Shown: positions 35,721-49,702 of the stretch, piece after piece | Layout of the letters: each line of letters opens with the position of its first letter | Numbering within the stretch: position 1 is the first letter of the stretch | Source: Selaginella moellendorffii | Taxonomy: Eukaryota > Plantae > Lycopodiophyta | Assembly: GCF_000143415.4 (NCBI RefSeq) | Contig: NW_003314346.1 | Coordinates: forward strand, 712,936-776,935 | Length of the DNA: 64,000 bases | Direction of reading: 5' to 3' | Made by a program: the position numbers and the translations under genes | Notes under the pieces: generated by a model | Database searches by the model: none | Told to the model about the DNA's origin: nothing | What the model saw: the letters and a program-made list of their open reading frames with translations, nothing else

Positions 35721-36619
35721 TGGATTATATAGGGTGGCCTAAAATTATTATATTCAACACTTATGGATATAGTATTTATTAATAGAATATTATTCCTCAC
35801 CATGAACATTATGTGTCCTTAACTCTTTCTTGATTTCCCTATATATCCATGTGTGCATACCTTTCACACTAGCTCTTGAACAACTGCAATAGTGTTTTAG
35901 AAAATTTTCTAGACATACACACCCATCCATTTTTTCCAAATAAAAGTAGCATATAAGACACTAAAGAATAAACACATTGACAATATATAGATTCTTATTA
36001 GTATAGATTATCAATCTTGGAAATGAGACTTCAAAACTATAATAATGTCAGAACCACTTGTATTATAATTATATATAATAATGTCTTTACATGTACTAGA
36101 ATATTATCACTCTTAAAAATATCAGATACTCATAATGAACTAAACTTTTGAAGAAACTAAGACATTGTATGCATACTACATCTTATAGTGGCCCTAGAAT
36201 AAGGTATGCTATCTATAATCAATAGCATTTTATTATTTTTTCCTTTTTAGGAATGGGTAAATATGCATAAGAAAGTAACTATGACTCTAACATTACATTA
36301 TAGGGTTGCCTAAATATTTTATATTTAGCACTCACTGTTTACTAATAGAATATTATTCTTCACCATGAAATTATAGTAGTTGTGTGTCTTTAACTCTTTC
36401 TTGATTTTCTTGTATATCCACGCATGCATACATTTGAAACCAACTCTTAGGCATTTGCGTCGGTGCTCAAGAAAATATATTGAACCCATGCAACCATATA
36501 TCTTGTTCAAATAAAAGTAGCATATAAAATAATTAAGTATCCATATATATTTAAGCACTCATGCCATTTTTGGAGCAAGATTTTGAAAAAAATGTTAAGC
36601 ATTAGAGGCACCTTAACAG

Positions 36620-37385
36620 CAACATCATAAAGAGGGAACTTTTATTAAGCATGAAGCAATTAATAAACAAGTCTCTAAAATGGGACACAAGAGGGACTGA
36701 CATATAGCAAGTGTCATAACATATGAAAGTGTTGGGATTGCGTCCGAGATGGAGTCTAAAATGGAATCCTTGCCTAGGACCGAGATTGAAACTAGGTCTA
36801 AGTCCAAGTCCGGGTCTGAGTCCAAGTTTGAGTTTGAGTTTGAGGGTGAAACCCCAAAGTGATTGTCTTCCAAACCTTGGGGGGAGTCTTTATGGGATAG
36901 TAGAGGAAGACTCTAGTGAAAATAATTTAGCTAGGAAAGGCCAGTGTAACCAAAGAAGGTTACACCCACATGGTGGGTGATGATATAACCACTTAGGAGT
37001 TTAAGGCTAGAATGAACACAAATGGACAAATGAGGTAATTTGGTAAAGTGTTTAATAGTTGGTTTTAGTTCCCTCGAGAGATCAGATTGTCAATGTCCCT
37101 AATTCAAATGTGGATGGCAATACTTACTTGGATACATTGTATGGCTTATTAGACCTTTGCTTTAGCCACATGGCTAGGGCACCTTAGTGGTGGAAGATAG
37201 GTGGAGTATTTATGAAGCTCATATTGGGTTATAGTGTTTCAAAATGTTGTTCTAAAGTCCTAGACCATGGAAAGAAAGAGAAATGGTCCTCTTGCTTAGT
37301 GATCAAGGGTATGGTTATATAGTGAGGAAGTCTCAAAAGTTAATAGGGTTTAGTGGATGGGCCTTCAGACCCTAGACTAGTGGTG
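36620..37385 (+). mobile_element. Old, degenerate family-A-like LTR fragment
   Basis: Diverged similarity to 57760-58940. Confidence 0.6.
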
Positions 37386-40300
37386 TGTAAGGAATTAGCT
37401 CGTTGAGGTGTCGTAGGCTAAAGGATCCTTGAAACCATGAGTAGAATGATAAAGAGTTCATCGAGTGAGACCGAATCTGAGATCGAGTTCAAGACTGACT
37501 CCAAGAGTGAGTTCGAGACCAAGTCTGAGACCAACTCCGAGATTGAGTTTGAGACCAAGTCGAGATTGAGTTTGAGACAAAATTTGAGACTATGTCCAAG
37601 ATCTGAGATCGGGTCTGAGATCGAGTTGGAGATCAAGTCCAAGACCGAGTTCGAAACCAAGTTCAAGGTTAAGTCCAAGATCGAGTCTGAGACCAAGTCC
37701 GAATACTAATATAGGTTGTGGGGTAAAAGCCTAAAGCAATTGTCACACGGGGGGGGGATGCAAGGGGTTCCAAAAGTATAATAGGGATAATAAAGTCTAG
37801 GAACCAATTGTGAATAAACTCTCCAATGTGGTGCTTTCAAATCAACTTGAGGTTGAGACTAGGGCTTAAGGGCCTTTGGTGGGAGTGAGCATGGACTTGG
37901 GTGGTGCCGAAGAGGCCACCCAAGGAAATGTTCAAGAGTAGCTCCCACTTCCGGAAGGGAAACCGACTATGGTGCTCTCGGCTTATATGGAGTGGTACCC
38001 CATTTGAGTACCTTATGGCTCATTAGTCTTCGCTCCTTTCTAGGGGCTTATGTGATCATGGGATAAGATTTGGATATATTGTCACCGTGGATTCTTGAAA
38101 CCTTAGGGGATAAATAGGGATAAAATAGCCATTAAGAGCTATTTTATTAAGCAATTGCCCCGTTTCCAGTTGGCTTAAGGGGAAAAAGATAGGGTGCATT
38201 AGAGGAAATAGCACGGGTTCGATTCTCATTGATTAGTAGCTATTTAAAAATATAATATACCCTTAAGTAAAGTATATTTTACACAATGGAAGGATTAGTA
38301 CATTCAATGTGAAAATAGAGGTGTTGATTCCTTTGTCTCAGTAAGGGTTGTTAGTCAATAGTCAATGAGGACATTGACATCTCTAAAAGGGGGTGAGTGT
38401 AGCACATATGATTATGGGGTGAGATTTGGATATACTGTCATCATGGATCCTTGGAACATTCAGGGATAAATGGGGATAAAATAACCACTAAAAACTTTCT
38501 TATGAAGCAATTGTTCCTTTTCCAGTTGGCTTAAGGGGAGAGAGATAGAGTGCGTTATAGTTTGGGCCTTCCTTTCGGGATGGAAGTGGGGGAGTATATT
38601 GGGCCGTTAGGCCATGGTGTTTTCCCTAAAGTTCCGAAGCAAATGATGCACTAAGATTTGGGATTTAGAAGGTCTTATGATCAAGTTTTGTTGTACTAAA
38701 AGATGTTAAAAACTTAGAGGCTTGGTGTGTTTGGCTGCTTGTGCCTGCACGGAATGTAGTCAAACCTTAAGTTCAGTCTAACTGAGATGGGGATTGGGAA
38801 AGAAATTAGGAATCCACACTTTGTTGCCTATGCAATAAGTAACTGAAAACAAATAGGATCAAGTAGAAGCTAATACAATAACTAAGAACTTTGGCGAAAG
38901 AACTTAACTAAAGCTAAAGTAGTGGTGGTTGAATAAATGAGGTAAGCTAATAAATTGGAAAGAAAAATTTTATAGCTTACAATTTGGTATCAGAACCTTT
39001 TCCTCAATTCTAGTGAAGGATAAAGACAAATTATTAGGAGATGGCTAGAGCAGGGTATAAAAGAACCAAGGTGGAATTGGAACTTTCTCCAGAGCTAGAG
39101 TGTTTGGTTAAACAAAAAACTATGGATGAGGAATTCTTGCAGAAGGAGGACTCTAATAAGGAAACTTCTAAATAAAAATTCAATGGTAAGTTCAATTGTC
39201 CAAGGCTCAATTGGACATTCTAGAAGGAAAATTGGCATAGACCAATGCCCTACTAAAAACACTCATATACAAGCTAAAGTATGACAAGAAATAAAAAAAA
39301 AAGCAAAAGATTGCCAATGTTGGTAATGTAGAAAGCGTGGATCCTTTGGCAGAGACTAAGGTAGAACTAAACAAGGTTGAATAAACCGAAGTGAAATCAA
39401 TCCTTCAAATAGTTCCCAAATACAAATCAAAGCCCTCATTAGTTTTCATGGGAGTGAATGAATATAAAGTGGTGGAGGATTAGTTTTATGATATTGAGGA
39501 TTACTTCCGAGTGTTGCAATTACTAAGCTAAGAAAAGGTCCTATGTGCAAAACCATACATGGCCAATAATGTTAAGTCTTAGTGGAGAACAATAGAGGCT
39601 AATAAAAGACTAGTGGCCAATTGGGAAATGATAAAAGAGAGGATTCATACAATTTATGTTCCTCCAAATACTACTCTACAACTAAAGGATGAGTTGAGTA
39701 GGCTAAAGCAGACAGAAATTATTCGAGAGTATGTGAATGCATTTATGGTGAAGAGGATCCTTTTCATGGATATGGGTGATATGGATGCATTCCATGCCTT
39801 TATATTAGGCTTACAAACCTAGGCTCAAGGTGTGGTGATGTGTTGGAACCTAACCAACTACAAAGAAGTATTAAATGCAGCTATTAAATTGCATTTTAAT
39901 TATAACCTACAAAAGGGGAACATAACAGGGTCAGAGTCCATGTTTAGCAAAGGAGCCAAACTAAAGGGGACATATGGCAAAAGGAAATTCAGGAAAAGTT
40001 TCTCTAAAAATGAGAAACTCTTAGAGTTTTAGAAAGGTATATTTAGTAGTTAATGAGCAAGTATGTGGGGGAGTTAAGTGAAAAGGGATAAACCCATTGA
40101 TAATAAGGTCAAGTCTACTAGTAGCATGGGAAACAACATATACTTCAACTATGGTGAAGCAAGATATTTTTTGAGAAAATGTCCCTACTCAAAAAAAACT
40201 AGAGTCAATATGGTCATTAAGTCAAGTGAAATCCAAACTAAGGCATGTGATCCAGTCCCTAGCTCAAAGTTCCTCATTACATGAGCAACTTTCATAGAGA

Positions 40301-40900
40301 GTCATTCACAACATTTATTAGCCCTTTGAGAAAAGCTCGAAGATAGTTTTGTTAAGATCCTTATTAATACATGTGCTTTAGATAATTTTGTGGCTGCAAA
40401 CATAGTCCAATAAACTGGACTAATAGTGTAGCAGCTGAGTAAATAAGGGACTATAGAGTTTGTTCAAGATAGTTAAAATACTGATAAGGTATTTCAACAA
40501 GCAAGAGTTGAAATAGGGACAAATAAATTTATCCTCGAGGAATAGCATATCAAAAGGGCATAACTCTCCACTTGAATTCATATGTGAATATATAAACAAT
40601 ATGGTGAATAGAAAGGGGCTAGTGAGAGAACTACTTTAGGAATTTGGAAACAGTAAAAAGTTTCCCTTAGAGAGTTAATAATGTGATCTATATAAATAGT
40701 TGACTTAGCAAACTAATCAATGTAATTGTAGCAAATAACTATAATTGGGATCATGGGAATAATAAAAACTCTTATACAATAAAAGAGTCATAAGATTATC
40801 TTTATATGGTTGAGGATGGTGTTCAAAAATTTAAGATTGGAATTGATGACCATATAAGGTCAAATATGGACAAGGATATATATCTTTAAAATGGTATATA
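37386..40900 (+). mobile_element. Decayed gypsy-like element: LTR 37386-38981, iMet PBS, gag/protease remnants, then a family-A internal piece
   Basis: TGTAAGG...GCTTACA, then TGGTATCAGAACC at 38985. Remnants LKQTEIIREYVNAF (gag), YFNYGEARYFLRKCP (decayed zinc knuckle) and VKILINTCALDNF (protease-like). Confidence 0.7.
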
Positions 40901-41769
40901 AGACTACTTTTAATAGATTCATTTCTTCTTTTTTCTACTACTATTATTTTAAAAGTAATAGGAGTATTTTTATTAATAATGATAATGGTCTTTACATTCC
41001 CAGATGGGTAATAAAGACTAAGAGTGTAATATGAAATTTTAGTAGAATTTTTTTTAACATTTCCACATTTCTTTATATTATAAATATTCACAAATTTTTG
41101 GTCTCCCTTGCTTTCTATCTCTGCAAAAACCTAATGTATAGATGAATGAATGAGTCTATAAAATTATTTATATTTTTAGTCTGATGTGTGGTGGTCAATT
41201 GTTGAAATGTCAAAATATTGAAATATCAAAATGTTCAAGGGTTAAATTATTGAGATGTCAAAATATATAATACAAATTTTAGCAAACTTCAATATTCCCA
41301 TTTTTATTTGAGCTGAAAATGATTCTCTTTAACTAGAATATTGTGAATGTATATGAGTTTGGACTACTTAGTCAGTATTTTATTGTATAAAAAAATTTCT
41401 CCAAATCATTTTCATAAATTTTAAATTCACGAAGGATAACATTTTTCTGACATGAAATTTCTTTATAAAACTTATAATTAACTATATTTATTTGCATTGA
41501 TTTGAATTGAATTGAGCTCAACTTATAAACTCGACTCAATTTTGGACTATCCCCAATTCCCACATCCAATGGGCTCACAAACTACCTTTTAAACACTCTA
41601 ACAAACAAAATTCACCAAAAAAGAACTCACATCAGTGACATAAACACAATGCTCTACTACTTCCCTACAAGCTGCCACATTGTAATGCTGCCTTAAATGA
41701 AATAAAACTATCTTTTTAAAACATGGAGATCCACTTTAAAAACTTTTCTTTAGCTAGTAGCTGATCCAG

Positions 41770-42900
41770 GATCCATCAAGCTCGAAGAACTTCGAGGTCG
41801 AATATTGGATGTAAATTGCTGAAAGGCACATTGAGTAAACTGCAATCACCTTGGCTTCCAGGCTGCCATCGTTGGGAACTTGGATCACTTTCACGACCTT
41901 GCAATCCTCCTTGACTGCCTAGATGTTCTTCTGGCAGCTCACACCACGGAACATAGACTTGCTATCGCTGGAAGAAGCATTCGTCAGCTGGAGTGCCTCC
42001 CACGAGTTGTTGCCACTGTCATATCTCTGCAACGTGTTGGCATCGTAGATCCAGTTGCCATGCACAATACAGCGGCACCCGCACAATCTAGTCATGTCCA
42101 CCACTTCCCAGGAATGATCTTGTGCTGAGAAAACAAGCGTCTCTCCATTACCAGCGCGCAAGATAACCATCTTGTTACCATCCACGACGAGAGCGTTGCG
42201 AAAGGCCATGGTCCCATGCGGTGGCAATGGCGGGAGGGGATACCATCGGTCCTCCAATCGGGGCCCTGCAATCGAATCCCCCAGTGTCGTAGAAGCCCCG
42301 CGGTGGAGGAGGAAGAACCATCCACGCTTTCTTGGAGCTACTGGGATTGAACACCATGATCAAAAGTTCGTCCTTTTGCCTGAGGATCACCGTGGCGACA
42401 AGCCATTCCTCGTCCAACCCTGTGCAGCGCGATCATCATAGAACTTGGGGGGCTGGAGATGAGATCCCCATGACACTCGCAGGAGGCACTGGTAAGCGGC
42501 ATCGCTGTCCAGGCCGGGGATGATTGTCGTCGCCATAGCCCAGCTCTATTTGCCCTAACTCCAGATCCAAGGAGCCCTTTATACGCAGAGCAGGGATATG
42601 CCCCGGTTGGGCATCTTGACGAGCCAACGTTTCTTTTTCCTTGGCGTCGCTGGCTGCGAGGAATTTGTCGCTTGCCTCTTATGTAGTCGCTATGATGATC
42701 ACTGCCTCTTCGGGGGCGAGACATGCATCACGACAGCCAAGTCTTCTTTAGGATGCCCCAGTGCGATGACGGTTTAGTCTCTACGTGTTCTACCAACGCC
42801 GCGATGCCCACAATGGGGATATGGAGCAAGGACTGCATTGTTTGATAGGATACTCATCAAGGACGAGAGAATCGCCAGATATCTTTAACATGCATGGAAT
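41770..42900 (-). pseudogene. Kelch/F-box-associated beta-propeller-like gene relic (more diverged paralog)
   Basis: Reads MVFNPSSSKKAWMVLPPPP, DRWYPLPPLPP and LVFSAQDHSWEVV. Frameshifted, and homologous to 43400-44400. Confidence 0.6.
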
Positions 42901-42909
42901 CCCTCGAGA

Positions 42910-43280
42910 TTCCAGAAGAAGCCCACAAGAAAATGAAACAAGAACCTGAAGTGTGTCTGGAAGAGTGTATGCTGGACATTGGTCGTCTTTTCTTCCCACT
43001 TTGCAGGCAAGTATCTGGACAAGACAAACCATCGATCAACCTGCTTGAATCAAAACAGAGCAAACTCTAAACCAAGATGGCAACCGACAAGAAGTTCATT
43101 CCCGCGTTTGCTTCCCACACACAAGAAAGTCACAACAAGCTAAGCTGTTGGACATCACAGCACTGCAAGAAAACGAGTACAAGCTCGATCACTCACCTGG
43201 GCTGGCGGAGCGTCCTGGAGTGACACACTGCGTTGCCGCTTCCCTACAACCCGAATCAAGCTCTCGCGGCCCTGGAGCAT
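42910..43280 (-). pseudogene. FAN1: FAN1 relic: exon 1 plus UBZ-region remnant joined to a late exon
   Basis: MLQGRESLIRVVGKRQR is the plant FAN1-type N-terminus. Homologous to 52025-52220 and 45135-45170. Confidence 0.8.
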
Positions 43281-43399
43281 TGTAATGCCATCGGCCGCTT
43301 CCTCCTCGCCCTCCCAATAGACCTCAACCGTACTAACACAGAAAAAAACCATTTCATAGAACTTTTCATCTGCAAACACGACATCCTTGTAGAAAGAAC

Positions 43400-44400
43400 T
43401 TATTCATCTTTAGCTAGTAGCTCATCTAAGCTCGAAGAATCTGAACGGCGAAGCTTATGGGATTGACGCTGGATGCTTGGCTTCCAAGCCGGATCAACGT
43501 CACAGCCTTGCAATTCGCCGAGACTGCCCAGATGTTCTTCTGGCAGCTCACAGCGCGGAAGAAAAACTTGTGATCGGTGGAAGAAGCGGTCGTCAGCTGC
43601 AGCTCCTTCCATAAGTTCTTGCCTCCAACACAATGATCCGGCCATGTCGTTCCATAGGTGCACAAAGTAGTGGCGCCGGGGCAATCCAGTCGCCACTTCC
43701 CAGGAAAGATCTTGGGCTGCGAAAACAAGCGTCTGTCCGGCACCACCGGGCGAGCTCAAGATCACCTGGTTGTGAAAAGATTTCGTTTCCTGCGGTGGAG
43801 AACGCAGCATTGGTGCTGCGAAGCTCCATCGATTCTTGCGTGCATCGAAGACGCTCACCGATTTGCAAGGAGATAGAGCTTGGGACCCAGAGCCCTGCAC
43901 TCGAATCCTCCCGTGTTGGGCTCATCCTGGCGAGCTTGTACCGGCAATGCACATTCTGCTATCACATATGCCCACTTTGGGCATCTTGACGAGGCCATCA
44001 AGGTTTTCCACTCCCCTTCTCTCGGAACATCCTATTACGGGTCCTTTGCGAAGAAAATCGCGATGCTGATGCGAGGAAAGCCAGGACGTGGTGACCTGGA
44101 CGACAATAGTGAGCACATATGCCCCGATTGGGCATGATGACGAGGCAAATGCCGCAACGAACTCTTCGGGCTTGGCTCGGGCCGAGACATGCATCACGCC
44201 AGCCAAATCTTCTTTGGGATGCCCCAGTGCGATGATGGTTTAGTCTCTACGTGTTCTCCCAACGGACTCCATGCCCACAATGGGGATATGGAGCAAGCAA
44301 CTGCATTGTTCGATAGGATACTCATCAAGGATGGCAGAGTCGCGGGGAATGTTCTTTAAGGTGCATGGAATCCCTCGTCATTCATCTCTTTGGGACTCGC
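43400..44400 (-). pseudogene. Kelch/beta-propeller-like gene relic
   Basis: Reads SVSVFDARKNRWSFAAPML and LVFAAQDLSWEV, with stops and frameshifts. Confidence 0.6.
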
Positions 44401-44671
44401 ATTTCCTGGTCCTCCGCCGAGAGGATCTTTAAGATGACGGTGGAGGCCGAGTGGTGATTCTATCACATCGCGGTCCCGATCGAAGAGCTCTTGAGACGGT
44501 GACACTGAGGACTTGGAACTGGCTGTGTGTAGCAGCAATGGATTCTTCGCAGTCCACAGCGGGATGGAATGGCGGAGTTGCTTACCGGTTCTTATGACTT
44601 CAAACAAGGCGGAGCAAGTTGCAGAGGCCTGCGCAGCCGTCTCGGGCCCGGCACTACTCGGAGTAGCCGAT

Positions 44672-46633
44672 CTAGGATCGATCATTCATCGTCTTGGAGA
44701 CCTGGCAAAGTTCCACTGGAACATTAGCGTCCGAGAGAATAAGAAACCAGGCCACCTGTTGCTCGGACAAGCGATCCCCTGGACCCTTGACTTCCGCCAG
44801 CTTTGCCTCTTTCTCCTTCCACAGCAGAAGATCAGGCATTCCAGCCGTCCAGTTACTGTGGTCTTCTGCAAGAAGCTTGCAAATCGCCGACAATCCTGGA
44901 CCTCCGATACAGACCGTTATTGTTTGAAGGTCTTCAAGCGAGTACTTCTCCCAGTTTACCCCGCTACATGATGTCCCGTAGTGCTCTGCCCAAGTCTCAG
45001 CCACGAGTTGCCTAGCTCTGCCATCGCGTATGGCTTGAAGACGAGATTCAATAAGCGAGCTTCGGACTGGATAGAAAGAATCCGTGCACAAGTCCAATGG
45101 TGCAGTCTGCAAACAAGAACTGTAGAGCAACCACGAGAAAATGAAACAAGAACCTGAAAAGGTGTCTGGAAGACATCTGGAACGTCTGAAAAGATAACAT
45201 CCCACATGAACAGCCCGAACAATGTCAGCCATATGCCACTTTCTGAATGGACTCCTTTCCAGCCGCCTCCATCTTCTCCGGCATAGTATTGAAGTGCCAG
45301 GTCCTCCACACTGCATTGTTGCCCATCGTAGCCATAAAATCTGCTCTTCATTCCATTGGCATTGTTTGGCGGCCTTCCCATAATCGTCACCTTCAGAAAC
45401 AGAGTTGTAGCTGAAGGCCAAATATCTGGAAGACACAGTACGTACCACTTTGTGTTTTTTCTTTAAAAGCGCTCCATATGGAGGTACTTTCCACCTTCTA
45501 GGAGGTTTTCCTAGTCGGAGAACCCTCCGTTGCAAAGCGATACGATCCCCTCCTCGGACGTTGAAATCGTTTAATCCGTTTTCTGCAACGAGCAGGCTCT
45601 CTTCTAAACGCTGTAAGTGCTCCAAGTCAATAGATAGCCGGAGAGTCCAGTATCCTCTCCGTCCAGGACAATACTGCATGCTAAGGACCTGCTTGAAGAG
45701 GTTTACAGCTTCAGCGTATCTGGTCAAGAGCCAGTTTTCGTTCAAAAGCATTGTCCGCCATTGGTGAAAGAGCGTACCTGCGTTCTTTCTCCAGAAAAGA
45801 TGCAGCCACAGTACAGATTGTTGCATACACCCATGCAGCCGAAAATCATGCTAAAAATGGATGCTTGATCCTGGTGTGTGCATTGATCAATTCGAGTGTA
45901 GTCCTTGCTTTTCGAAAGGAGGAGTTTACAGCCTCAGAATTACCAGCTTCCAGGGACATTGCTGAGCCAATTGCAATGCCTGAAAACTTGACGGTCAGAC
46001 AAATTTTATAACAAAGTAGGAACGGACCTGCTCATACGCCAGAAAGTCCTCTCGAGAAGCAAAGACTGGCATTGTTCTAGCGCACCTATAGCTTGGATAC
46101 TTGATCCTTCCAATATCCACAAGAAGAAAAACATGGAACTCCTGCTCACCGTTTAGAAAGAACAGCCTCTGAATAAATAAATAAATAAATAAATTGCTCA
46201 GCATCAGCAGTGTAACACTTTGGAGAGGATGTCAACTGACCTGTAAACGCCAAAGTAGAACTTCAAGTGTTTCGGCTATTCGAATGCATGGGCCGGTTGC
46301 TTCACGAATTAAAGCCGTTAGATTACTGCCGCCAAGTATTTCACACTTGTATAAAAAACCAATGATCACTTGCTACTTACAAATGCAGAGAAATCAATGC
46401 ATCTCGAATTGCTGTAATAAGCTGAATCTTTTTCAAACTTAGCGTAGTACTTTTGATCTGTAAGCAGGAACAGAAATAAAAGCAAGGAAGAAAGTCTTAG
46501 AAGTAATTACCATGATTTTGCTGTTAACTGCCAAATCTTTGAGCTCCTGTACAGTCAGAAGTTCAAGCAACTCAGACGAATTAACATCCGCGTCGAAAAC
46601 TAAGTAGCGTCTCTCTGTTACAAGGGAGCAAAC
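44672..46633 (-). pseudogene. FAN1: FAN1 3' part (SAP to VRR-NUC nuclease domain), lacking its 5' half
   Basis: AGMPDLLLW...KLAEVKGPGDRLSEQQVAW (VRR-NUC PD-(D/E)xK motif), CSVEDLALQYY, GVHSESGIWLTLFGLFMWD and LLTVQELKDL. Small deletion at ~45958 relative to paralogs. Confidence 0.9.
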
Positions 46634-49600
46634 CCTTGGCTTTTCCCTTGAGCTTGTCGATTGTTTTCCTGAGTTTCTGAAGTTTTGACTTGGTGCTCTC
46701 TCCAAGTTCATTGTCGGAGTCGTCGTCGGAACTGCTGTGAGAATCTGAGTTATCCGTGTCGTCTACTTGTGCGGTCATTCGTCGAGCTTGAACATCTTGA
46801 AGGGCGCTTGCGAGTTCGAGGTAAGTGGCAATGTTGATGTGTGTTGCCACTTCTCGAAGGGATCGTCGGAGGCCTTGCATGTACCATTGGTAAAGTAATG
46901 TTTCAGTGGCACTGTTGCCGCATTTGCTAGCATGTCGAGTGAAGGTTTGAGTGTAGTTGTCGATGGATTGACCGGACTTTTGCTTGAAATTTTGGATCTT
47001 GTGAAGTCATTGGCTTTGAGTGAGGGAAGACTTGAATCGGTCTACAAGCTTGAGTGTGAGGTCGTCAAAACTTGTATTTTGAGGAAGTGTTTGAGCCCAT
47101 TCGTTGGCTCTCTTTCGAAGGGTACATCGGAAGTAGTATGGAAGTTCAGTCGTCTGGCCGTTGATTCATATTGCTTCTCGGAACTGTTCGACATGTTTCT
47201 TGGCATCTTCTGACTTCAAACCATGAAATAGTGGATAGGAGATGTGTCTTCCAATGGGTATGTTGGCGATGGTGGTAGTGACTGCCATTTGCTGTTGGTA
47301 GTAATGTCGGTATTGTCGAGGTTGTTTTGTCAGGTTGTCACCATGGAGTCCTAAGGTGATTTGTAGCAAGGGGTTGTCAGGGTCAACAGCAAAGTCGGTG
47401 TAAGAGGAAGGTAGTGAATTGTTGTTGTTGTTTAGTGGACTCTTCTCTGTTTTTTTTCTGTGTTGGGACTGTTTTCGGGTGTGTCGTCGACATCGTCGTC
47501 GGTGTCGGGTTGCTTGCCAGTGTTGATTTTTGGAAGATGGTGCTCAAACTTGTTGTCGACGTACTTGTCGGAGTTATGTTGTGTTGGTTGTGGTTGTTCT
47601 TCTAAATTGTCAAAGAGTTCTTCGAACGTATAGTTGTGTGGTGATTGTGGTTTCTGTGGAAGATTGTTGTTGTCAACAATTGGTTCGTCGATCTCGTTGT
47701 TGTTGGATGATTGTAGCTGTTCGGCAGCTCGGTGTGAGTTGTTGACTTTTTTGTCGAGTGCTTGACTATTGGACGATTCGAGTCGTTCGTCTTTACTGCT
47801 GTTGACGGGGTATATCGGAGTGCAATTGTAATTGGTGAAGTCAAGTTGTTGTCTTGTCAGCACGTTGAAGTCGAAAGTGTGTTCGAAAAGTCTTGCTGAT
47901 AGCGGGCTTTGGTAGATGTTGGAAGCAAATGTGGGATATATTGGTGTTGTGAAAATCGGTTGGTATGGCAAAAATGGTGCTGGTCTGGTGAAGTCTGTGA
48001 AGCTGGGCAGGAAACTTGGTCGTTCGTTGTCACTGTAGATGGGGTTGGTGAATGTACCTTTGAAGTGGTTGTATGCTGCTTGAAAAATGTTTTGTTGCTT
48101 GGGCGTAGTCTGTGTCAATTGCTTGAATGTTTGGTCAGGCTCTGGCACTTTGGTGGGTGCCGTCGAGGGTGCTGCCGGTGGTGTGTTTGGTGGTGTTGTG
48201 TAGTTGGAGGGTCTAATAACTTGATTCAACTTCTCTTGGTCTTTCTTTCTCTTTGTTTCTAAATTCTTCAAATCTCTTATCTAAACGTCGGATAAGCCGT
48301 TGTCGGTCTTCTTCCGACTTGCTAGATGTTCTTCATGGTTTTGGATACATGCATTCTTCTACTGGTTGTCAGTGTCAGATTCATATCTGCAGTCAATCAT
48401 GCAGTTCAGGCAGAACTTTGGGAAGACTGTCGGCGGGCCAATTGTCAATAAAGTTGTTGTGAGCTTGTTCTTTCTTTTCAGTGCAAATATCGATGGTGGT
48501 GCGTGTTGGGTTGGGTTGTGTTCAGCCAAGTTGTGTTGGGTCGAGTGTGCTGGTGCAGTATGCAGACTAGTCTTCCACTTGCTGGTGCCGAGATGGAGTT
48601 CGATGAAGAGTTTTGGATATTTGGGTTTGTCTGGAATGATTTCTTCGATAATGTCGTCGAGTTGTTCAAGACCGGATTGGGCGATGGTGTGATTGGCGAG
48701 AGTTGTTGTAGTGAACGTGTTGATTTTGAACCGAGTTCGGACTGTAGTTTTGGTGCTGAGCTACTGACTTTGTAGGAGGGGTTGTTGAAAAATCAGTGGT
48801 GCGTTGTGAAGTTGTCCCTCGACAAGTTGTCCAATACCGGGTAACAGAGTGATGGGTTCGTTGTTGGTGTAGGTTCTGAGGATGTGCTTCAATATTGGGA
48901 GTGGGCGCAAGAATTGGAATCATGTTGGAGCACTAAGATTGCTGGGTCGACGATTGCTCGGAAGATGGGTTTGTTTCGGCAGTGGTGTCAGTTTGTATTG
49001 AGCGTGCTGGTTGAGGGCTTGAGCTTGGAGTGGGTGGTCCTGTGCTCGGAGATGGAGTTCGCCAGTGAAGTTGCTGAGTGCTGGGCAACTGGAGTTTCTT
49101 GTCGAAAAGGGTTGTTGGTGTTCTTCGTTGGTGATGGGACTCGGAGATCTTGAGAGAGAGCTTTCATTCTTCAAAGATCTCCTTTGGAAAGCATTTGTCT
49201 GTACTGCATTGGACAGTGACCGCTTGGACGCCGTTGATCCATATTGGTGGTGGCATTTGCTTGTTGAATTTAGGCGAATTGGGTGGCAAATTGGGTAGCG
49301 AATTTGGGTGAGTTGGGTAGATTGCTTGATCATTCTTGCTATCTGTGCACAGAGAATGGAGAAAGAACGGAAGAATTTGTGAACCTGAAAGGGAATTCAA
49401 AAGCCGTGGTCACCAAATGAAGAGGTGTAGAAACTCCTCTTCGCTGGAAATCTATTGTTAGTAATAAAACAAAAGAGAAAAGGGCCCGACTGCGAAGAAG
49501 CACGAGTAAAAGAATGCTGTGTATTGATAAGAAAAATGATGGAATGGAAATAGAGATCCACAATTCGGATTCCCCCCTTTGAAAGGCTAGAGGTTCTAAC

Positions 49601-49702
49601 TGCTAGCATATACTATATGCTGTGCATGATTTAATCTATGGCTCCGATGCAGCTTTGGGTTCAAAGTCAGAGTCCCCTGAACTTGGGTTTTTGGTTGATA
49701 CA
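46634..49702 (-). mobile_element. 3'-truncated gypsy-like element: 285-bp 5' LTR (49702-49418), PBS, long leader and gag remnant
   Basis: The minus-strand LTR runs TGTATC...CTTCA, followed by TT-TGGTGACCACGGC. Gag-like PLFHGLKSEDAKKHVEQF and WYMQGLRRSLREV. Confidence 0.75.

Noticed and set aside
35730-36560. AT-rich degenerate duplication (35731 vs 36302) as a Helitron or MITE
   Set aside because: No diagnostic termini, hairpin or TSD could be identified.
44672-45826. 384-aa ORF as an intact FAN1 protein
   Set aside because: It reads through introns and alternates between true and false frames, and the copy lacks its 5' half.
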